Of a DNA stretch of 32,000 nucleotides, positions 1 through 11,466 are shown one piece after another. How positions within the stretch are numbered: position 1 is the first letter of the stretch; every line of letters begins with the position of its first letter. The DNA comes from Aliivibrio fischeri ES114 (GTDB lineage: Bacteria > Pseudomonadota > Gammaproteobacteria > Enterobacterales > Vibrionaceae): the NCBI RefSeq assembly GCF_000011805.1, contig NC_006841.2; one strand, given 5' to 3'. The notes under the pieces were generated by a model, which made no database searches, had not been told where the DNA came from, and worked only from the letters and a program-made list of their open reading frames with translations. A program made the translations under genes and the position numbers.

Positions 1-93
1 AAGATCGAAAAAACTTGGATCTAATTCGCTATGTTCATTAAGCAGTGTGCCGTCCATATCAGCAGCAATAAATTTTACGTTATGTTTTTGCAT
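1..93 (-). CDS. HAD superfamily (Cof-type) hydrolase, N-terminal fragment truncated by window edge
   Basis: Manual reverse-strand translation from the ATG at 93 gives MQKHNVKFIAADMDGTLLNEHSELDPSFFDL, containing the DxDGT HAD motif I; frame open to base 1. Confidence 0.8.
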   Translation of the reverse strand, partial: MQKHNVKFIAADMDGTLLNEHSELDPSFFDL

Positions 94-189
94 TAATTGG
101 TACTCAGAGATAATTTAAATTCAATAAACACCCAGAAGTATATACTGTTCAGGACGTTACACCGAACAACTCCACCGTAAAATGAGAGG

Positions 190-1152
190 CTACTGCCCCT
201 TTTTTACTGGATATAAAGAGGCAAAATTTGGGATATGTTGCTCCCAAAGAGGAGGATGACCAATATGCTTTTGCACGGCACTAATGAACTCTCTAACCAA
301 TGCGGTCTGTTTTCGATGCGGATAAAGTGCGTATATTGCTAAGCCTTGATTACATAATGGGTAATCCGTAAGTAACGTTGTTAATCCCATGCTTTCGATA
401 GAACGCTCAAGGTTTGATGAAGCCACCACGGCATAACCTAAACCATCTTGAACGGCTGACAATAAGGTTCGAACATCATTTACCTTATAATTACCTTTCA
501 TTTTATAGCTTTTAAATTGAGATGAATCTGGGCTTTCACCTAATCGAACGGTATCTACCGTTAATGTGCCATTGCTGTAAATAACAGAGGGTAAGTTTAC
601 CAATTCTTCTGGTGTACTTGGCTCTCCAAAGCGTTCAATAAGTGAATGTGAAGCGAGGATCACCCCTCGAATATCTGCCACTTTTTTCGCTATCAAACTT
701 GAATCATCTAATCGACCTAATCGAAAAGCGACATCAAAGTGCTCTGAAATGATATCGGAGCGCTTATCATCCATCATCAGAACTACCTCAACATCTGGAT
801 AAGTGGTCATAAACTGACTAATAACAGGTTGTAAATACCCTTGCCCAATATGCAATGGAGCTGTAATTCTAATTCGCCCTTTTGGTACTGCTTGATATGA
901 GTCTGCAATGGATTTCACGTTATCTAATGAGCCAACTAACTGATACGCTTGCTCTAAGATCTCTTCGCCTGCTGGTGTTAATGAGAAAGTACGAGTCGAG
1001 CGGTTAAGTAACTGAACACCTAGCTCTGCTTCTAATTTTTTGATCTGTTTTGAAAGCGCAGAATTATCCATATCATGCAATGCGGCCGCTTTAGTGAATG
1101 AGCCTTGTTGCACCACATCGATAAATAGAGAAAGTTGATTAACCAGAGACAT
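190..1152 (-). CDS. LysR-family transcriptional regulator
   Basis: 320-aa ORF with N-terminal winged HTH (LVNQLSLFIDVVQQGSFTKAAALHDMDNSALSKQIKKLEAELGVQLLNRSTRTFSLTPAG) and LysR effector domain. Confidence 0.93.
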   Translation of the reverse strand: MSLVNQLSLFIDVVQQGSFTKAAALHDMDNSALSKQIKKLEAELGVQLLNRSTRTFSLTPAGEEILEQAYQLVGSLDNVKSIADSYQAVPKGRIRITAPLHIGQGYLQPVISQFMTTYPDVEVVLMMDDKRSDIISEHFDVAFRLGRLDDSSLIAKKVADIRGVILASHSLIERFGEPSTPEELVNLPSVIYSNGTLTVDTVRLGESPDSSQFKSYKMKGNYKVNDVRTLLSAVQDGLGYAVVASSNLERSIESMGLTTLLTDYPLCNQGLAIYALYPHRKQTALVREFISAVQKHIGHPPLWEQHIPNFASLYPVKKGQ

Positions 1153-1276
1153 ACCTTTACCTAAAACACCCGTCGATTTGATTTAAAGTGAAACCAATCC
1201 AAATACATTGTGATATTAAACCTTAATTTTAGTGCGAATACGAAAATTATTCAGACTATTCGGTTATGGTACGTAT

Positions 1277-1302
1277 AAAAAAGGAGCCACGAAGGCCCCT
1301 TT
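1277..1302 (-). terminator. Rho-independent terminator of the RND efflux operon
   Basis: Minus strand AAAGGGGCC-TTCGT-GGCTCCTTTTTT: GC stem with one G.U wobble, UUCG-type loop and T tract, downstream of the permease stop. Confidence 0.75.
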
Positions 1303-1344
1303 GAATTTATATTTAATCGCTTAATGCGTTAGCTTCTTGCCAAA

Positions 1345-4300
1345 TTACTCATCGTCTAAAGGAATAAGTTTGGTGCTTCCGCCGTGCAGCTTTTCACGAC
1401 GACGTTGTACCATTGCATAGAAGCCAGGGATAAGTAGCGTACCCACTAATAACACACACAGTAGGCCACCAATCAACGACACACCCAATGAGTTTTGGCT
1501 GATGTAGCCTGCACCCGATGCAAACACAAGCGGTAAGATACCCAAGATAAACGACCACGATGTCATGTTTACCGCACGGAATCGTAATCGACCACCGTTT
1601 ACTGACGCATCATCTAAGCCCACTTCTTTCTCTTCACGCTCATTTTTCGCAAATTCAACAATCAAAATGGCATTTTTGGCGGCCAATGCGATTAAAAGAA
1701 CCAAACCAATTTGTGCGTATAAATTCAACGGCATCCCCGTTAAATTAAGCGCAAGGAAGGAGCCAAAGGTTGCCACTGGCACCACAAGAATAATCGCAAG
1801 AGGAATACTCCAACTCTCGTATTGTGCCACCATGAATAGATAGATAAAGATCAGCGCTAGCGCAAACGCATAAATCGCTTGGTTACCCGCTTTCACTTCT
1901 TGATACGCCATACCAGTCCATTCATATTGGTAACCATGTGGAAGCACTTCAGCTGCAACACGTTCCATCGCTGCAATGGCATCACCACTTGAATACCCAG
2001 CCGCTGGCTGTCCTTGGATCACAGCTGAACGATACATGTTGTAACGCCACGCTACATCAGGTTCAAATACCGTGTCATAAGTGACTAATGTACTTAATGG
2101 CACCATTTGCCCCGAGCTTGCACGAACGTGGAATTTATCCAAATCATCCATGCTGCTACGATACTGCCCATCTGCTTGCATCGTAACTCGGAAGTTCTTA
2201 CCAAACATAGTAAAGTCATTCACGTACATTGAACCTAAGTTACCTTGCAGTGTTTGGAAAATAGAGCCTAATGACACGCCTAATTGTTTTGCTTTTTCAC
2301 GGTCAATATCCACATAGTAGTGTGGAACATTGGCACGGAACGTACTGAATGTATATTGAATTTCAGGCTGTTGATTGGCGGTTTGAATCACTTGATTCAT
2401 AACATTAGCCAAATCAGTACGACTACGACCTAAGGTATCTTCAAGAACAAATTCAAAACCAGACGCTGCCCCCATTCCCGGAACCGCTGGTGCACCCATT
2501 GCAAAAATAACGGCTTCTGGTAACTCCATCGCTGCACGCCCGTTAATGCGGTTGGTAATTGCAAATGAAGAGTTATCTCCATCCATGTCATTACGCTCAC
2601 CCCAAGGCTTTAATTTCACAAACAGTGACGCACCATTTGATGCTGCCGCACCTGTTAAAAACGCATAACCATTGGCGACGGTAACCCCATCAACACCTTG
2701 CTCTTGCTCTATGATTTCAAGCACTTTGGCAGATACCTCTTCAGTACGAGAAAGTGACGCTGAATCAGGTAGTTGAACGTTAACCAGTAAAATACCCTTA
2801 TCTTCTTGTGGTACAAACGCCGTTGATGTGGTCTTTGCAAAGAAGGTTACTGCACCTAAAGCAATCACAAAGAATGTCATCAGGATCATGGTTTTTCGTA
2901 CAAAGAAACCAGCAATCTCACCGTATTTATCCGTTACTTTATCTAAACCACGGTTAAAGGCTTTAAACCAACGAGCCGTATTATCCCCTCCCCGTTTTAG
3001 AACCAGAGAACACAATGCTGGCGACAGTGTCAGTGCATTAATGGATGAAATAATTACCGCAATACAGATGGTTAATGCGAACTGACGATACATGATGCCA
3101 GTAATACCCGGAAGCATGGCAACAGGAATAAATACCGCAAGCAGTACAAGAGTAGAAGTAATGATTGGGCCTGTTACTTCTTTCATCGCAATTAGAGTGG
3201 CTTTTCTTGGGCTTAATGAAGGATCACGCTTCATAATAGTATCGACGTTTTCAATAACCAAAATGGCATCATCCACCACAATACCAATGGCAAGAATAAG
3301 ACCAAATAACGTCACGGTATTAATGGTAAACCCTGTCATAAGCATGACAGCAAAGGTACCAATTAAGGATACTGGAATAGCTACAACTGGAATTAACGTC
3401 GCACGAGCACTGCCTAAGAACAGATACGTTACAGCAATAACCAATAGAATCGCTTCAATTAAGGTTTTTACTACCCCTTTAATGGATTCTGAAACAAACA
3501 GCGTAGTGTCATAACTGGTTTCATACGCCAGACCTTCAGGGAAAGTCGCACTTAGCTTTTCAAGCATCTCCATTACCGCCTTTCCACTCTCCAATGCGTT
3601 CGCATCAGATTGCAAAGAAAGCGTTACGATAGAGGCGTCTTTTCCTCTGAATTGACCATTACCGTCATAGAATTTCTTGCCTAACTCAACACGGGCAATG
3701 TCTTTTAAATAAACAGAAGATCCATCGTTATTTGCTCGAAGAACGACATTTTCAAACTCTTCAACCGACTCTAAACGTCCTTTCGTTACGAGGTTAAACT
3801 GCACATCTTGCGCACTCGCATAAGGTGCAGCACCAATTTTACCCGCTGCAACTTGTACGTTTTGTTCAGCTAACGCGGCATGAACATCGGATGTGGTTAA
3901 ACCTAAGTTGGTCATTTTATCTGGATCAAGCCAAACACGCATGGCGTATTCACCACCACCAAGCACACCAACTTCACTGATGCCAGTAACACGAGCCAAC
4001 TGATCTTTGATATTCAGATTTACGTAGTTAATTAAGAATTGATCGTCATATTTCCCATCAGGCGAGTAGAAGTTCAATACCATTAAAAGGTCTGGAGAAC
4101 GCTTCTTAACAGTCACCCCCACCATACGCACTTCTTGTGGCAATTTAGATTCAATCTGCGCCACACGGTTCTGAACGTTAACCTGTGCCATGTCAGGATC
4201 GGTGCCCACATCAAAGGTGACATTTAATGAATATGAACCGTCGTTGGCACTTTTTGAAGACATGTAAATCATGTTCTCTACGCCATTGACGGAGGTTTCT

Positions 4301-4497
4301 ATAGGGTCAGCAATCGCCTGTTCAACCACCTCAGCACTTGCCCCCGTGTAGTAAGCACTTACACTAACCGATGGCGGACTGATTTTTGGGTATTCAGCAA
4401 CAGGTAATACTGCTAATGCAATGGCTCCGGCAAGAGTGAGGATAATAGAAATAACCAGAGCAAATTTAGGACGCTGTATAAAAAATCGACTTAGCAT
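1345..4497 (-). CDS. RND (HAE1/AcrB-type) multidrug efflux permease
   Basis: 1050-aa ORF starting [37 protein letters not shown]; TM motifs [20 protein letters not shown] and [13 protein letters not shown] typical of RND permeases. Confidence 0.95.
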   Translation of the reverse strand: MLSRFFIQRPKFALVISIILTLAGAIALAVLPVAEYPKISPPSVSVSAYYTGASAEVVEQAIADPIETSVNGVENMIYMSSKSANDGSYSLNVTFDVGTDPDMAQVNVQNRVAQIESKLPQEVRMVGVTVKKRSPDLLMVLNFYSPDGKYDDQFLINYVNLNIKDQLARVTGISEVGVLGGGEYAMRVWLDPDKMTNLGLTTSDVHAALAEQNVQVAAGKIGAAPYASAQDVQFNLVTKGRLESVEEFENVVLRANNDGSSVYLKDIARVELGKKFYDGNGQFRGKDASIVTLSLQSDANALESGKAVMEMLEKLSATFPEGLAYETSYDTTLFVSESIKGVVKTLIEAILLVIAVTYLFLGSARATLIPVVAIPVSLIGTFAVMLMTGFTINTVTLFGLILAIGIVVDDAILVIENVDTIMKRDPSLSPRKATLIAMKEVTGPIITSTLVLLAVFIPVAMLPGITGIMYRQFALTICIAVIISSINALTLSPALCSLVLKRGGDNTARWFKAFNRGLDKVTDKYGEIAGFFVRKTMILMTFFVIALGAVTFFAKTTSTAFVPQEDKGILLVNVQLPDSASLSRTEEVSAKVLEIIEQEQGVDGVTVANGYAFLTGAAASNGASLFVKLKPWGERNDMDGDNSSFAITNRINGRAAMELPEAVIFAMGAPAVPGMGAASGFEFVLEDTLGRSRTDLANVMNQVIQTANQQPEIQYTFSTFRANVPHYYVDIDREKAKQLGVSLGSIFQTLQGNLGSMYVNDFTMFGKNFRVTMQADGQYRSSMDDLDKFHVRASSGQMVPLSTLVTYDTVFEPDVAWRYNMYRSAVIQGQPAAGYSSGDAIAAMERVAAEVLPHGYQYEWTGMAYQEVKAGNQAIYAFALALIFIYLFMVAQYESWSIPLAIILVVPVATFGSFLALNLTGMPLNLYAQIGLVLLIALAAKNAILIVEFAKNEREEKEVGLDDASVNGGRLRFRAVNMTSWSFILGILPLVFASGAGYISQNSLGVSLIGGLLCVLLVGTLLIPGFYAMVQRRREKLHGGSTKLIPLDDE

Positions 4498-4498
4498 A

Positions 4499-5617
4499 TT
4501 AAGACTCCGTGTTCTCTAACCGAACCTGAACTCCGTTTCTTACACGTTGCAATCCTTTTACTAACACTTGTTCATTGGCCTTAATTCCCGAACTGATGAT
4601 CACGCCTTCAGGTAATTGCTTGCCTAGAGTGACATTACGACGCTCTGCAATATTACCTTCGGTTAATACCATGACAAAATCGCCTTCTAAATCACTTTGT
4701 ACTGCACGTCTTGGAACCACTAAGACTTCTGTTGGCTGCTTCTCTCTAAGATTTACATTGATATGTTGACCAGGAAGTAGCGTATGTTCAGGGTTATCAA
4801 CCAAAGCACGCAGTGTTAATGTGCCGGTTGTTTTGTCGATACGGTTACCAATGAAATCGACTTTGCCAAGATGTTTATACTCTTTACCATTTTCAAGGTT
4901 CAATACCACTTCCACTTGGCTTGACGCCCCTTTTCCATCACCTTCAATCGCATCAATCCCCATCATCAAACGCTCACGTTCACTGATGGTAAAACGAGTA
5001 TGAATTGGGTCTAAGCTAACTAAAGTGGTTAACACTCCAGATGCAGGAGATACTAAATCACCAATGCTGGCTTTACTGTCACTAATTCGACCTGTGAATG
5101 GCGCTGTAATGGTAGTGTAAGATAGGTTAACTTGTGCCAACTTCAATTGCGCTTGAGCGGCCTCGACTTGCGCTTCCGCACTCAATAATTGCGCGGTTAG
5201 ACCATCAAATTCAGCTTGGCTAATATTGCCTTTAGGTAATAGATTTTTGCCACGATTAAAATCTAACTGGGCTTTTTTAAGCGCTGCATTAGCCTGAGTT
5301 ATTCCGGCTTTTGCGTTGGCAACTTGGGCTTCGAAAGAAGAGGGATCAATTTGGAAAAGCACATCACCCTTCTCAACCATTTGACCTTCTTTAAACTGGC
5401 GAGATTGAATATATCCTGAAACTTGAGCTGAGATTGAAGCATCTTCCATGGCTTCGATTCGACCAATGTAGGTTTTTCCTTGTTGGTACGAAATAGGTTC
5501 AACGGTGTAAGTTCCAACAAGTGGGGCTTGCGGAGCTCGTTGAGCAGTTGATTCATCACTACAGCCAACGAGTAAAGCTGTACTAATGATTGAAGCAAGA
5601 AGCATTTTGGATTTCAT
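4499..5617 (-). CDS. RND efflux periplasmic adaptor (membrane fusion) lipoprotein
   Basis: 372-aa ORF with lipobox LLVGCS, biotinyl-lipoyl-like and coiled-coil region ([29 protein letters not shown]...). Stop is 1 nt from the permease ATG. Confidence 0.93.
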   Translation of the reverse strand: MKSKMLLASIISTALLVGCSDESTAQRAPQAPLVGTYTVEPISYQQGKTYIGRIEAMEDASISAQVSGYIQSRQFKEGQMVEKGDVLFQIDPSSFEAQVANAKAGITQANAALKKAQLDFNRGKNLLPKGNISQAEFDGLTAQLLSAEAQVEAAQAQLKLAQVNLSYTTITAPFTGRISDSKASIGDLVSPASGVLTTLVSLDPIHTRFTISERERLMMGIDAIEGDGKGASSQVEVVLNLENGKEYKHLGKVDFIGNRIDKTTGTLTLRALVDNPEHTLLPGQHINVNLREKQPTEVLVVPRRAVQSDLEGDFVMVLTEGNIAERRNVTLGKQLPEGVIISSGIKANEQVLVKGLQRVRNGVQVRLENTES

Positions 5618-5621
5618 AATA

Positions 5622-5669
5622 TAACCATTTAACTGTTGAATTACCTATATTCTGACAGTTAAATGGTTA
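5622..5669. promoter_or_regulatory. Perfect 15-bp inverted repeat (candidate operator or 5'-UTR hairpin) upstream of the efflux operon
   Basis: TAACCATTTAACTGT at 5622-5636 and its exact reverse complement ACAGTTAAATGGTTA at 5655-5669, 18-nt spacer, 4 nt from the MFP ATG at 5617. Confidence 0.6.
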
Positions 5670-5794
5670 AAATTATTAATCTAAATAAAACGAGTATGTT
5701 ACTGAATGTGTCTGTAATTTACGTTGATATTTATTGATAATAAAATAATTAATAAATTCTTTATTATCAACAAGTAACAATCAAATCTAAAAGC

Positions 5795-6760
<966 letters not shown>

Positions 6761-6800
6761 TTACGAGTAATACCAATCACAATCTGTGATCAGAAATAGC

Positions 6801-6845
6801 GAAAAAAAGAAAAAGGCATCGAGTGAACTGACACCCGATGCCTTC
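6801..6845 (-). terminator. Rho-independent terminator downstream of yibL
   Basis: Minus strand AGGCATCGGGTG-TCAGT-TCACTCGATGCCT followed by TTTTCTTTTTTT. Confidence 0.8.
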
Positions 6846-6866
6846 TAAACTGAGTACACTCTATAA

Positions 6867-7223
6867 TTAGAATGCTTGTGGTGCATAACCTGTCATTTCT
6901 TTAAGGCCAAGCTCTTTACCTAGTGCTGTCATTGGGTGAACAACAACTAAACCACGAACTGATTTTTTAAGTTTACCCATATCAGCTTGTTCAGCTTTAG
7001 TGATTGCACGATTGAAAGCTAGGTTACGTACTTCAGTACCTTTATTACCTGTTTCAAACTGTTGCTTACCTTTAAGCTTTGTTAGTTTCTTTTCAAGCGT
7101 TTGAATTTCATGCAAGAATTGCTTAACGACTGGTTGATCATCACGCTTTTGCGCAGCCGCTAAACGGTGCTTACAACGATCTAAACGGTTATGAATTTTT
7201 TGCAGTTCTTCTTTTACACTCAT
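6867..7223 (-). CDS. yibL: YibL family ribosome-associated protein
   Basis: Supplied ORF extends to 7325, but MSVKEELQKIHNRLDRCKHRLAAAQKRDDQ beginning at 7223 matches the expected size and N-terminus; lysine-rich coiled-coil protein. Confidence 0.8.
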   Translation of the reverse strand: MSVKEELQKIHNRLDRCKHRLAAAQKRDDQPVVKQFLHEIQTLEKKLTKLKGKQQFETGNKGTEVRNLAFNRAITKAEQADMGKLKKSVRGLVVVHPMTALGKELGLKEMTGYAPQAF

Positions 7224-7309
7224 GAAATTACCTTTGTATTGAAAATGGTGCGCATTGACGCTAACTGGTAGTATACCCTCTATTAGAACAACGATCATAG
7301 GTTTATTAC

Positions 7310-7723
7310 ATGCTAACCATCTCAAACCAAGTCCAATTAGCCGATTGGGAAATTGAACTTACTGCAATTCGAGCACAAGGGGCTGGTGGTCAAAATGTAA
7401 ATAAAGTCTCTAGCGCCATTCACCTTCGCTTTGATATTAGCCGTTCGACACTTCCTGCTTTCTATAAAGAGCGTTTACTGAAAATGCGTGATCACCGTAT
7501 CACCAAAGAAGGTATTATCATCATTAAGGCGCAACAATTTCGGACGCAGGAGAAAAATCGAGAAGATGCCCTTGATCGTTTAAAGCAACTCATTCAATCT
7601 GCTACTGAAACTCAAAAAGCACGTAAAGAGACAAAACCAACACGAAGCTCACAGCATAAGCGTATGGATAAAAAATCGCAGCGCGGTCAAACCAAGAGCA
7701 TGAGAAAGAAGGTAGATTACTAA
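7310..7723 (+). CDS. arfB: Alternative ribosome-rescue factor ArfB (peptidyl-tRNA hydrolase, RF1-like)
   Basis: 137-aa ORF with GGQ-containing motif (AIRAQGAGGQNVNKVSSAIHLRFDI) and basic C-terminal tail (RKETKPTRSSQHKRMDKKSQRGQTKSMRKKV). Confidence 0.93.
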   Translation: MLTISNQVQLADWEIELTAIRAQGAGGQNVNKVSSAIHLRFDISRSTLPAFYKERLLKMRDHRITKEGIIIIKAQQFRTQEKNREDALDRLKQLIQSATETQKARKETKPTRSSQHKRMDKKSQRGQTKSMRKKVDY

Positions 7724-9639
7724 TGTATCAACAAACGTTAAAAGAAACATTTGGCTTTGATTCTCTAAGAGGCGGTCAACAGCAAGTAATTGAGAAAGTG
7801 CTAAACGGTCACTCATCTGCTGCTATTTTTCCAACTGGATCAGGTAAGTCTCTTTGTTACCAACTGCCTGCGCTTATTTTACCAAATCTTACCTTAGTTA
7901 TTTCTCCACTTTTGGCTTTAATGAAGGATCAAATCGCTTTTTTAAAAAGTAAAGGTATTGCTGCTGCATCAATCGATTCCACCCAAACAAGAGAAGAAAC
8001 TCAAGCCATTTTACAAGGCGTAAGAAACGGTGAAATTAAAATATTAATGATCTCTGTTGAACGTTTAAAGAATGAACGCTTTCGTCAGTTTATTGCTCAA
8101 ATTAATATTTCATTATTAGTGGTGGATGAAGCGCACTGTATTTCGGAATGGGGTCACAATTTCAGACCCGATTACCTAAAACTACCACAGGATCGCGAAG
8201 CTCTGAATATTCCTCAGGTATTACTTCTAACAGCTACAGCAACACCTGCGGTTATTGAAGATATGAGTAAAAAATTCGATATTGCTCAAGATGATATTGT
8301 GATCACAGGCTTCTACCGTTCGAATTTAGATATCTCAATCATTCCGGTTGAAGAAGAGCAAAAACGCTCAGCGCTGTTTGCAACATTAAAACAACGACCA
8401 GACCAACCAAGTATTGTATATGTCACGTTACAGCAAACCGCTGAAAACGTCGCTCAATGGCTGCAAAGTAACGGTATTCAAGCTAAGGCTTACCACGCAG
8501 GTTTAAAAAATGACGTCCGTGAAACGATTCAGTATCAATTTATGCACGGTGAAATAAATTGTATCGTAGCTACCATAGCATTTGGTATGGGAGTCGATAA
8601 ATCGGATATTCGACAGGTCATTCATTTTGATTTACCTAAATCTATTGAAAACTATTCACAAGAAATTGGCCGTGCAGGGCGTGATGGTTTACCTTCTTTT
8701 TGTACTGTGTTAGCCAACACCTCTGGCTTAAATGTATTAGAGAACTTTGTGTATGGCGATACACCAGACAGAGAAGCAATCCAATATGTGCTAGATGATA
8801 TTTACCAAGCAAATGAAACGTGGGAAACACAACTACTACGTTTATCTAAAGACAGCAATGTTCGTCAATTACCCTTAAAAACGCTACTCGTTTATTTAGA
8901 ATTGAAAAAAATCATTCAAGCTAAATACAGCTACTATGCCGATTATCGTTTTAAAACTCTTATTCCAGTAAACGATATTATTGCTAAGTTTCAAACGGAA
9001 CGTCAGCAATTCGTATCAACTATTTTTCAGTGTTCACCAAAAGCAAAAACCTGGCACACAGTCGATTTTGATGCTTTATGGATGGGATTCCGAGGTGAAC
9101 GAAAACGTGTAATCGCTGCATTAGATTATTTTAATGAACAAGGTTGGATAGAGCTTGAAAGTAAGCAAATGACTGAGGTTTATCAGGTTTTAAACAAAGT
9201 TGAAAGTACGCATGTTCTCTCTCAAGAGCAGCATCAACTATTCAAAAATAAAGAACAGAGTGAAATAAATCGAATTCACGCCATGTTGGATTTTTTTGAA
9301 ACCAAAAGCTGTTTAAGCCATGCCCTTGCTCATTACTTTGCTGATTTTAATGCGCCAGAACAATGTGGTCACTGCTCTGCTTGTCGATCTGAAGCTGCCG
9401 TTTTACCTCGCAGTTCATCTCACTTTATTGCTGATGATGAAAATGTAAAAGCATGGTGTCAAGAACTTCAAAACAGCAGCAAAGAGCCATTAGCAAATGC
9501 CGTTTTTGCACGTTTTTTATGTGGTATACCAACCCCATTAACCAGCAAAATTAGAGCAAATAAAATGCAAGGATTTGGGAAGTTTGAATCTCAGCCTTTT
9601 TTTGAAGTACTTGAATTAGTCGGAAAATTGAACGGATAA
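7723..9639 (+). CDS. RecQ-family ATP-dependent DNA helicase
   Basis: 638-aa ORF: Walker A PTGSGKS, DEAH box (VVDEAHCISEWGHNFRPDY), motif VI QEIGRAGRDG, zinc-binding cysteines (C...CGHCSAC). Confidence 0.93.
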   Translation: MYQQTLKETFGFDSLRGGQQQVIEKVLNGHSSAAIFPTGSGKSLCYQLPALILPNLTLVISPLLALMKDQIAFLKSKGIAAASIDSTQTREETQAILQGVRNGEIKILMISVERLKNERFRQFIAQINISLLVVDEAHCISEWGHNFRPDYLKLPQDREALNIPQVLLLTATATPAVIEDMSKKFDIAQDDIVITGFYRSNLDISIIPVEEEQKRSALFATLKQRPDQPSIVYVTLQQTAENVAQWLQSNGIQAKAYHAGLKNDVRETIQYQFMHGEINCIVATIAFGMGVDKSDIRQVIHFDLPKSIENYSQEIGRAGRDGLPSFCTVLANTSGLNVLENFVYGDTPDREAIQYVLDDIYQANETWETQLLRLSKDSNVRQLPLKTLLVYLELKKIIQAKYSYYADYRFKTLIPVNDIIAKFQTERQQFVSTIFQCSPKAKTWHTVDFDALWMGFRGERKRVIAALDYFNEQGWIELESKQMTEVYQVLNKVESTHVLSQEQHQLFKNKEQSEINRIHAMLDFFETKSCLSHALAHYFADFNAPEQCGHCSACRSEAAVLPRSSSHFIADDENVKAWCQELQNSSKEPLANAVFARFLCGIPTPLTSKIRANKMQGFGKFESQPFFEVLELVGKLNG

Positions 9640-9721
9640 TTTATAAAGTGTGAGCGTGTTTACATTTCATCAACACCATGTGAACCCCATACGCTATAAA
9701 TGATAATATCATCCTATACTA

Positions 9722-11389
9722 ATGAAAATTCATTACTTGGGAAAAAGGATGATTGAAAAGTTTTTAGCGTTTTCAGAAAAAAAATCTGCTGTACATTTTG
9801 TGATCCCAGAAGATGCATCACTCACCTCTCCTATTGCTTGCTCAGACATAGATAATGCATTGAGTGCAATGGGAATCGGCCATTATTATCAATATCAAAG
9901 TAGTATTAATGAAATCATTGCTGCAATTAACAATGGCGATATTACCTCATTTAATAATGTCATGATTGCTCAGTGCTTGGATGCTCAACTCGTCGTTCAT
10001 ATGCAAGATGATGAAATGAAAGCATCAATGACAGTGACTGGAGCTTATGGCGGTCATCCTGTTCGTGGTCCTGAAATCATTCAAGCATTAACAGAAAATG
10101 GCATCACTAAAGGCGTGAAAAAGGAGGCTTTAAAAGTTCTCTTGCTCAAAGGAAAAGATCTTGCTCCGGGAGAAACCTACTCAGATGTTATTGCTGTTGG
10201 TCGTGAAGCCGTCGAAGGACAAGATACACAGTTTGAAGCCTTAGTACCCAATATTCATGAACGTGTACTCCAGCCACAAGAAACCGATGATGGCCATGTG
10301 GATATGCGTGATTTAGGTAATGTCATTAGCGTGAAACAAAATACGCCACTAATGAGGCGAATTCCAGCAACACAAGGTACTAGTGGCAAAACCATTACAG
10401 GAAAAATCATTACAGCAACACCGGGAACGGATACCCCTTTCCAAGTTTATCCCGGCTCATCTATTTCTCCTACCGATCCAAACTTACTTATCGCTGATAT
10501 TGATGGTACCCCATTAATCAATAAATCTGGCGTTGGTATTGATAACTTACTGACATTAAAAACCGTTAACGCTACATCTGGTCATGTCTCTTTTGAAGGC
10601 AGTATTTTCATTCAACAGGATATTGAATCAGGAATGAAAGTTACCGCGACAGGGAGCATTACTGTTGGTGGTTTTATCGAAAATGCGGAAGTCACAGCAA
10701 AACACGATATCACTGTCATGCACGGTATTATTGGTCGCCCAGTACAGGATGGAGAGCCTTTGACTTGCATCGTAAGCTCAGAAGGTACTATTACATCAAA
10801 ATTGGCTCAAAATGCCCATTTAATGGCTCATAAGGACGTTCATATTACGCTCCATGCTAATCACTGTTTGATTGAATCTTTAGGCTCTATTTTTGTTATT
10901 GATAAAGCAGAAAGAAACGGAACCATCAGCGGTGGTAACTTAATCGCAAATGGTGCAATTAAAACCGCTAACCTTGGTATAGAGGGGGGCGCATATACCA
11001 AAGTTCAAGCTTTCCATGATTTTGAAACTCAAAAAGAAGGCCTCCATTTACTTCAAAAGCAGATAAATGAAGTTAAAACCCAACTGATTAAAATCTCAAA
11101 TATTCAAATGGAACAGCAGCCAAGTGAATTGGCTGAAAAAATCTTACGTTCAAAAGAAAAATCAGAGCAAGATTTACAAGTTTTAGGTTCAAAACTTCAG
11201 CGAGAACAAATCACGTTTAATAATGGTTTAAAAGACAACACCGTTTTTGTCACCAACAAGATTTTCCCGCGAGTGGATGTTCAGTTTAATACACACCACT
11301 TAGTTACAAAGAGAGAATATAGCCCAAGTAAGATCTCTTATTCTGGCTATGAAATCGATGTCGAACCTATCATGATAAAAAAGAAATAA
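9722..11389 (+). CDS. FapA family (DUF342) protein
   Basis: 555-aa ORF; conserved ITATPGTDTPFQV..., beta-helix-like core (GSIFIQQDIESGMKVTATGSITVGGFIENAEVTAKHDITVMHGIIG) and coiled-coil C-terminal part typical of DUF342. The start could be M10 at 9749. Confidence 0.85.
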   Translation: MKIHYLGKRMIEKFLAFSEKKSAVHFVIPEDASLTSPIACSDIDNALSAMGIGHYYQYQSSINEIIAAINNGDITSFNNVMIAQCLDAQLVVHMQDDEMKASMTVTGAYGGHPVRGPEIIQALTENGITKGVKKEALKVLLLKGKDLAPGETYSDVIAVGREAVEGQDTQFEALVPNIHERVLQPQETDDGHVDMRDLGNVISVKQNTPLMRRIPATQGTSGKTITGKIITATPGTDTPFQVYPGSSISPTDPNLLIADIDGTPLINKSGVGIDNLLTLKTVNATSGHVSFEGSIFIQQDIESGMKVTATGSITVGGFIENAEVTAKHDITVMHGIIGRPVQDGEPLTCIVSSEGTITSKLAQNAHLMAHKDVHITLHANHCLIESLGSIFVIDKAERNGTISGGNLIANGAIKTANLGIEGGAYTKVQAFHDFETQKEGLHLLQKQINEVKTQLIKISNIQMEQQPSELAEKILRSKEKSEQDLQVLGSKLQREQITFNNGLKDNTVFVTNKIFPRVDVQFNTHHLVTKREYSPSKISYSGYEIDVEPIMIKKK

Positions 11390-11406
11390 TCCTCTTTCCT
11401 TCAGAT

Positions 11407-11446
11407 AAAAAAATAGCATTGGCAATAACGCTCAATGCTATTTTTA
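11407..11446. terminator. Bidirectional Rho-independent terminator between convergent genes
   Basis: AAAAATAGCATTG ... CAATGCTATTTTT inverted repeat with flanking A and T tracts, between the fapA-like gene (+) and punC (-). Confidence 0.8.
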
Positions 11447-11466
11447 TTCACCAATATATTAACTGG

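Noticed and set aside
1560-3514. Plus-strand ORFs of 62-140 aa inside the RND permease gene
   Set aside because: Fully antisense to a highly conserved long CDS, with no recognisable products.
4575-5598. Plus-strand ORFs (4575-4769, 4821-5003) and a minus-strand ORF (5299-5598) inside the MFP gene
   Set aside because: Overlap a confidently assigned CDS in alternative frames; composition looks like frame shadow.
6776-6790. Short palindrome ATCACAATCTGTGAT upstream of rlmF
   Set aside because: Arms are in the wrong orientation and spacing for a CRP site, and a 15-nt symmetric sequence is weak evidence alone.
8642-8830. 62-aa minus-strand ORF within the helicase gene
   Set aside because: Antisense to conserved helicase motifs, no homology signature.
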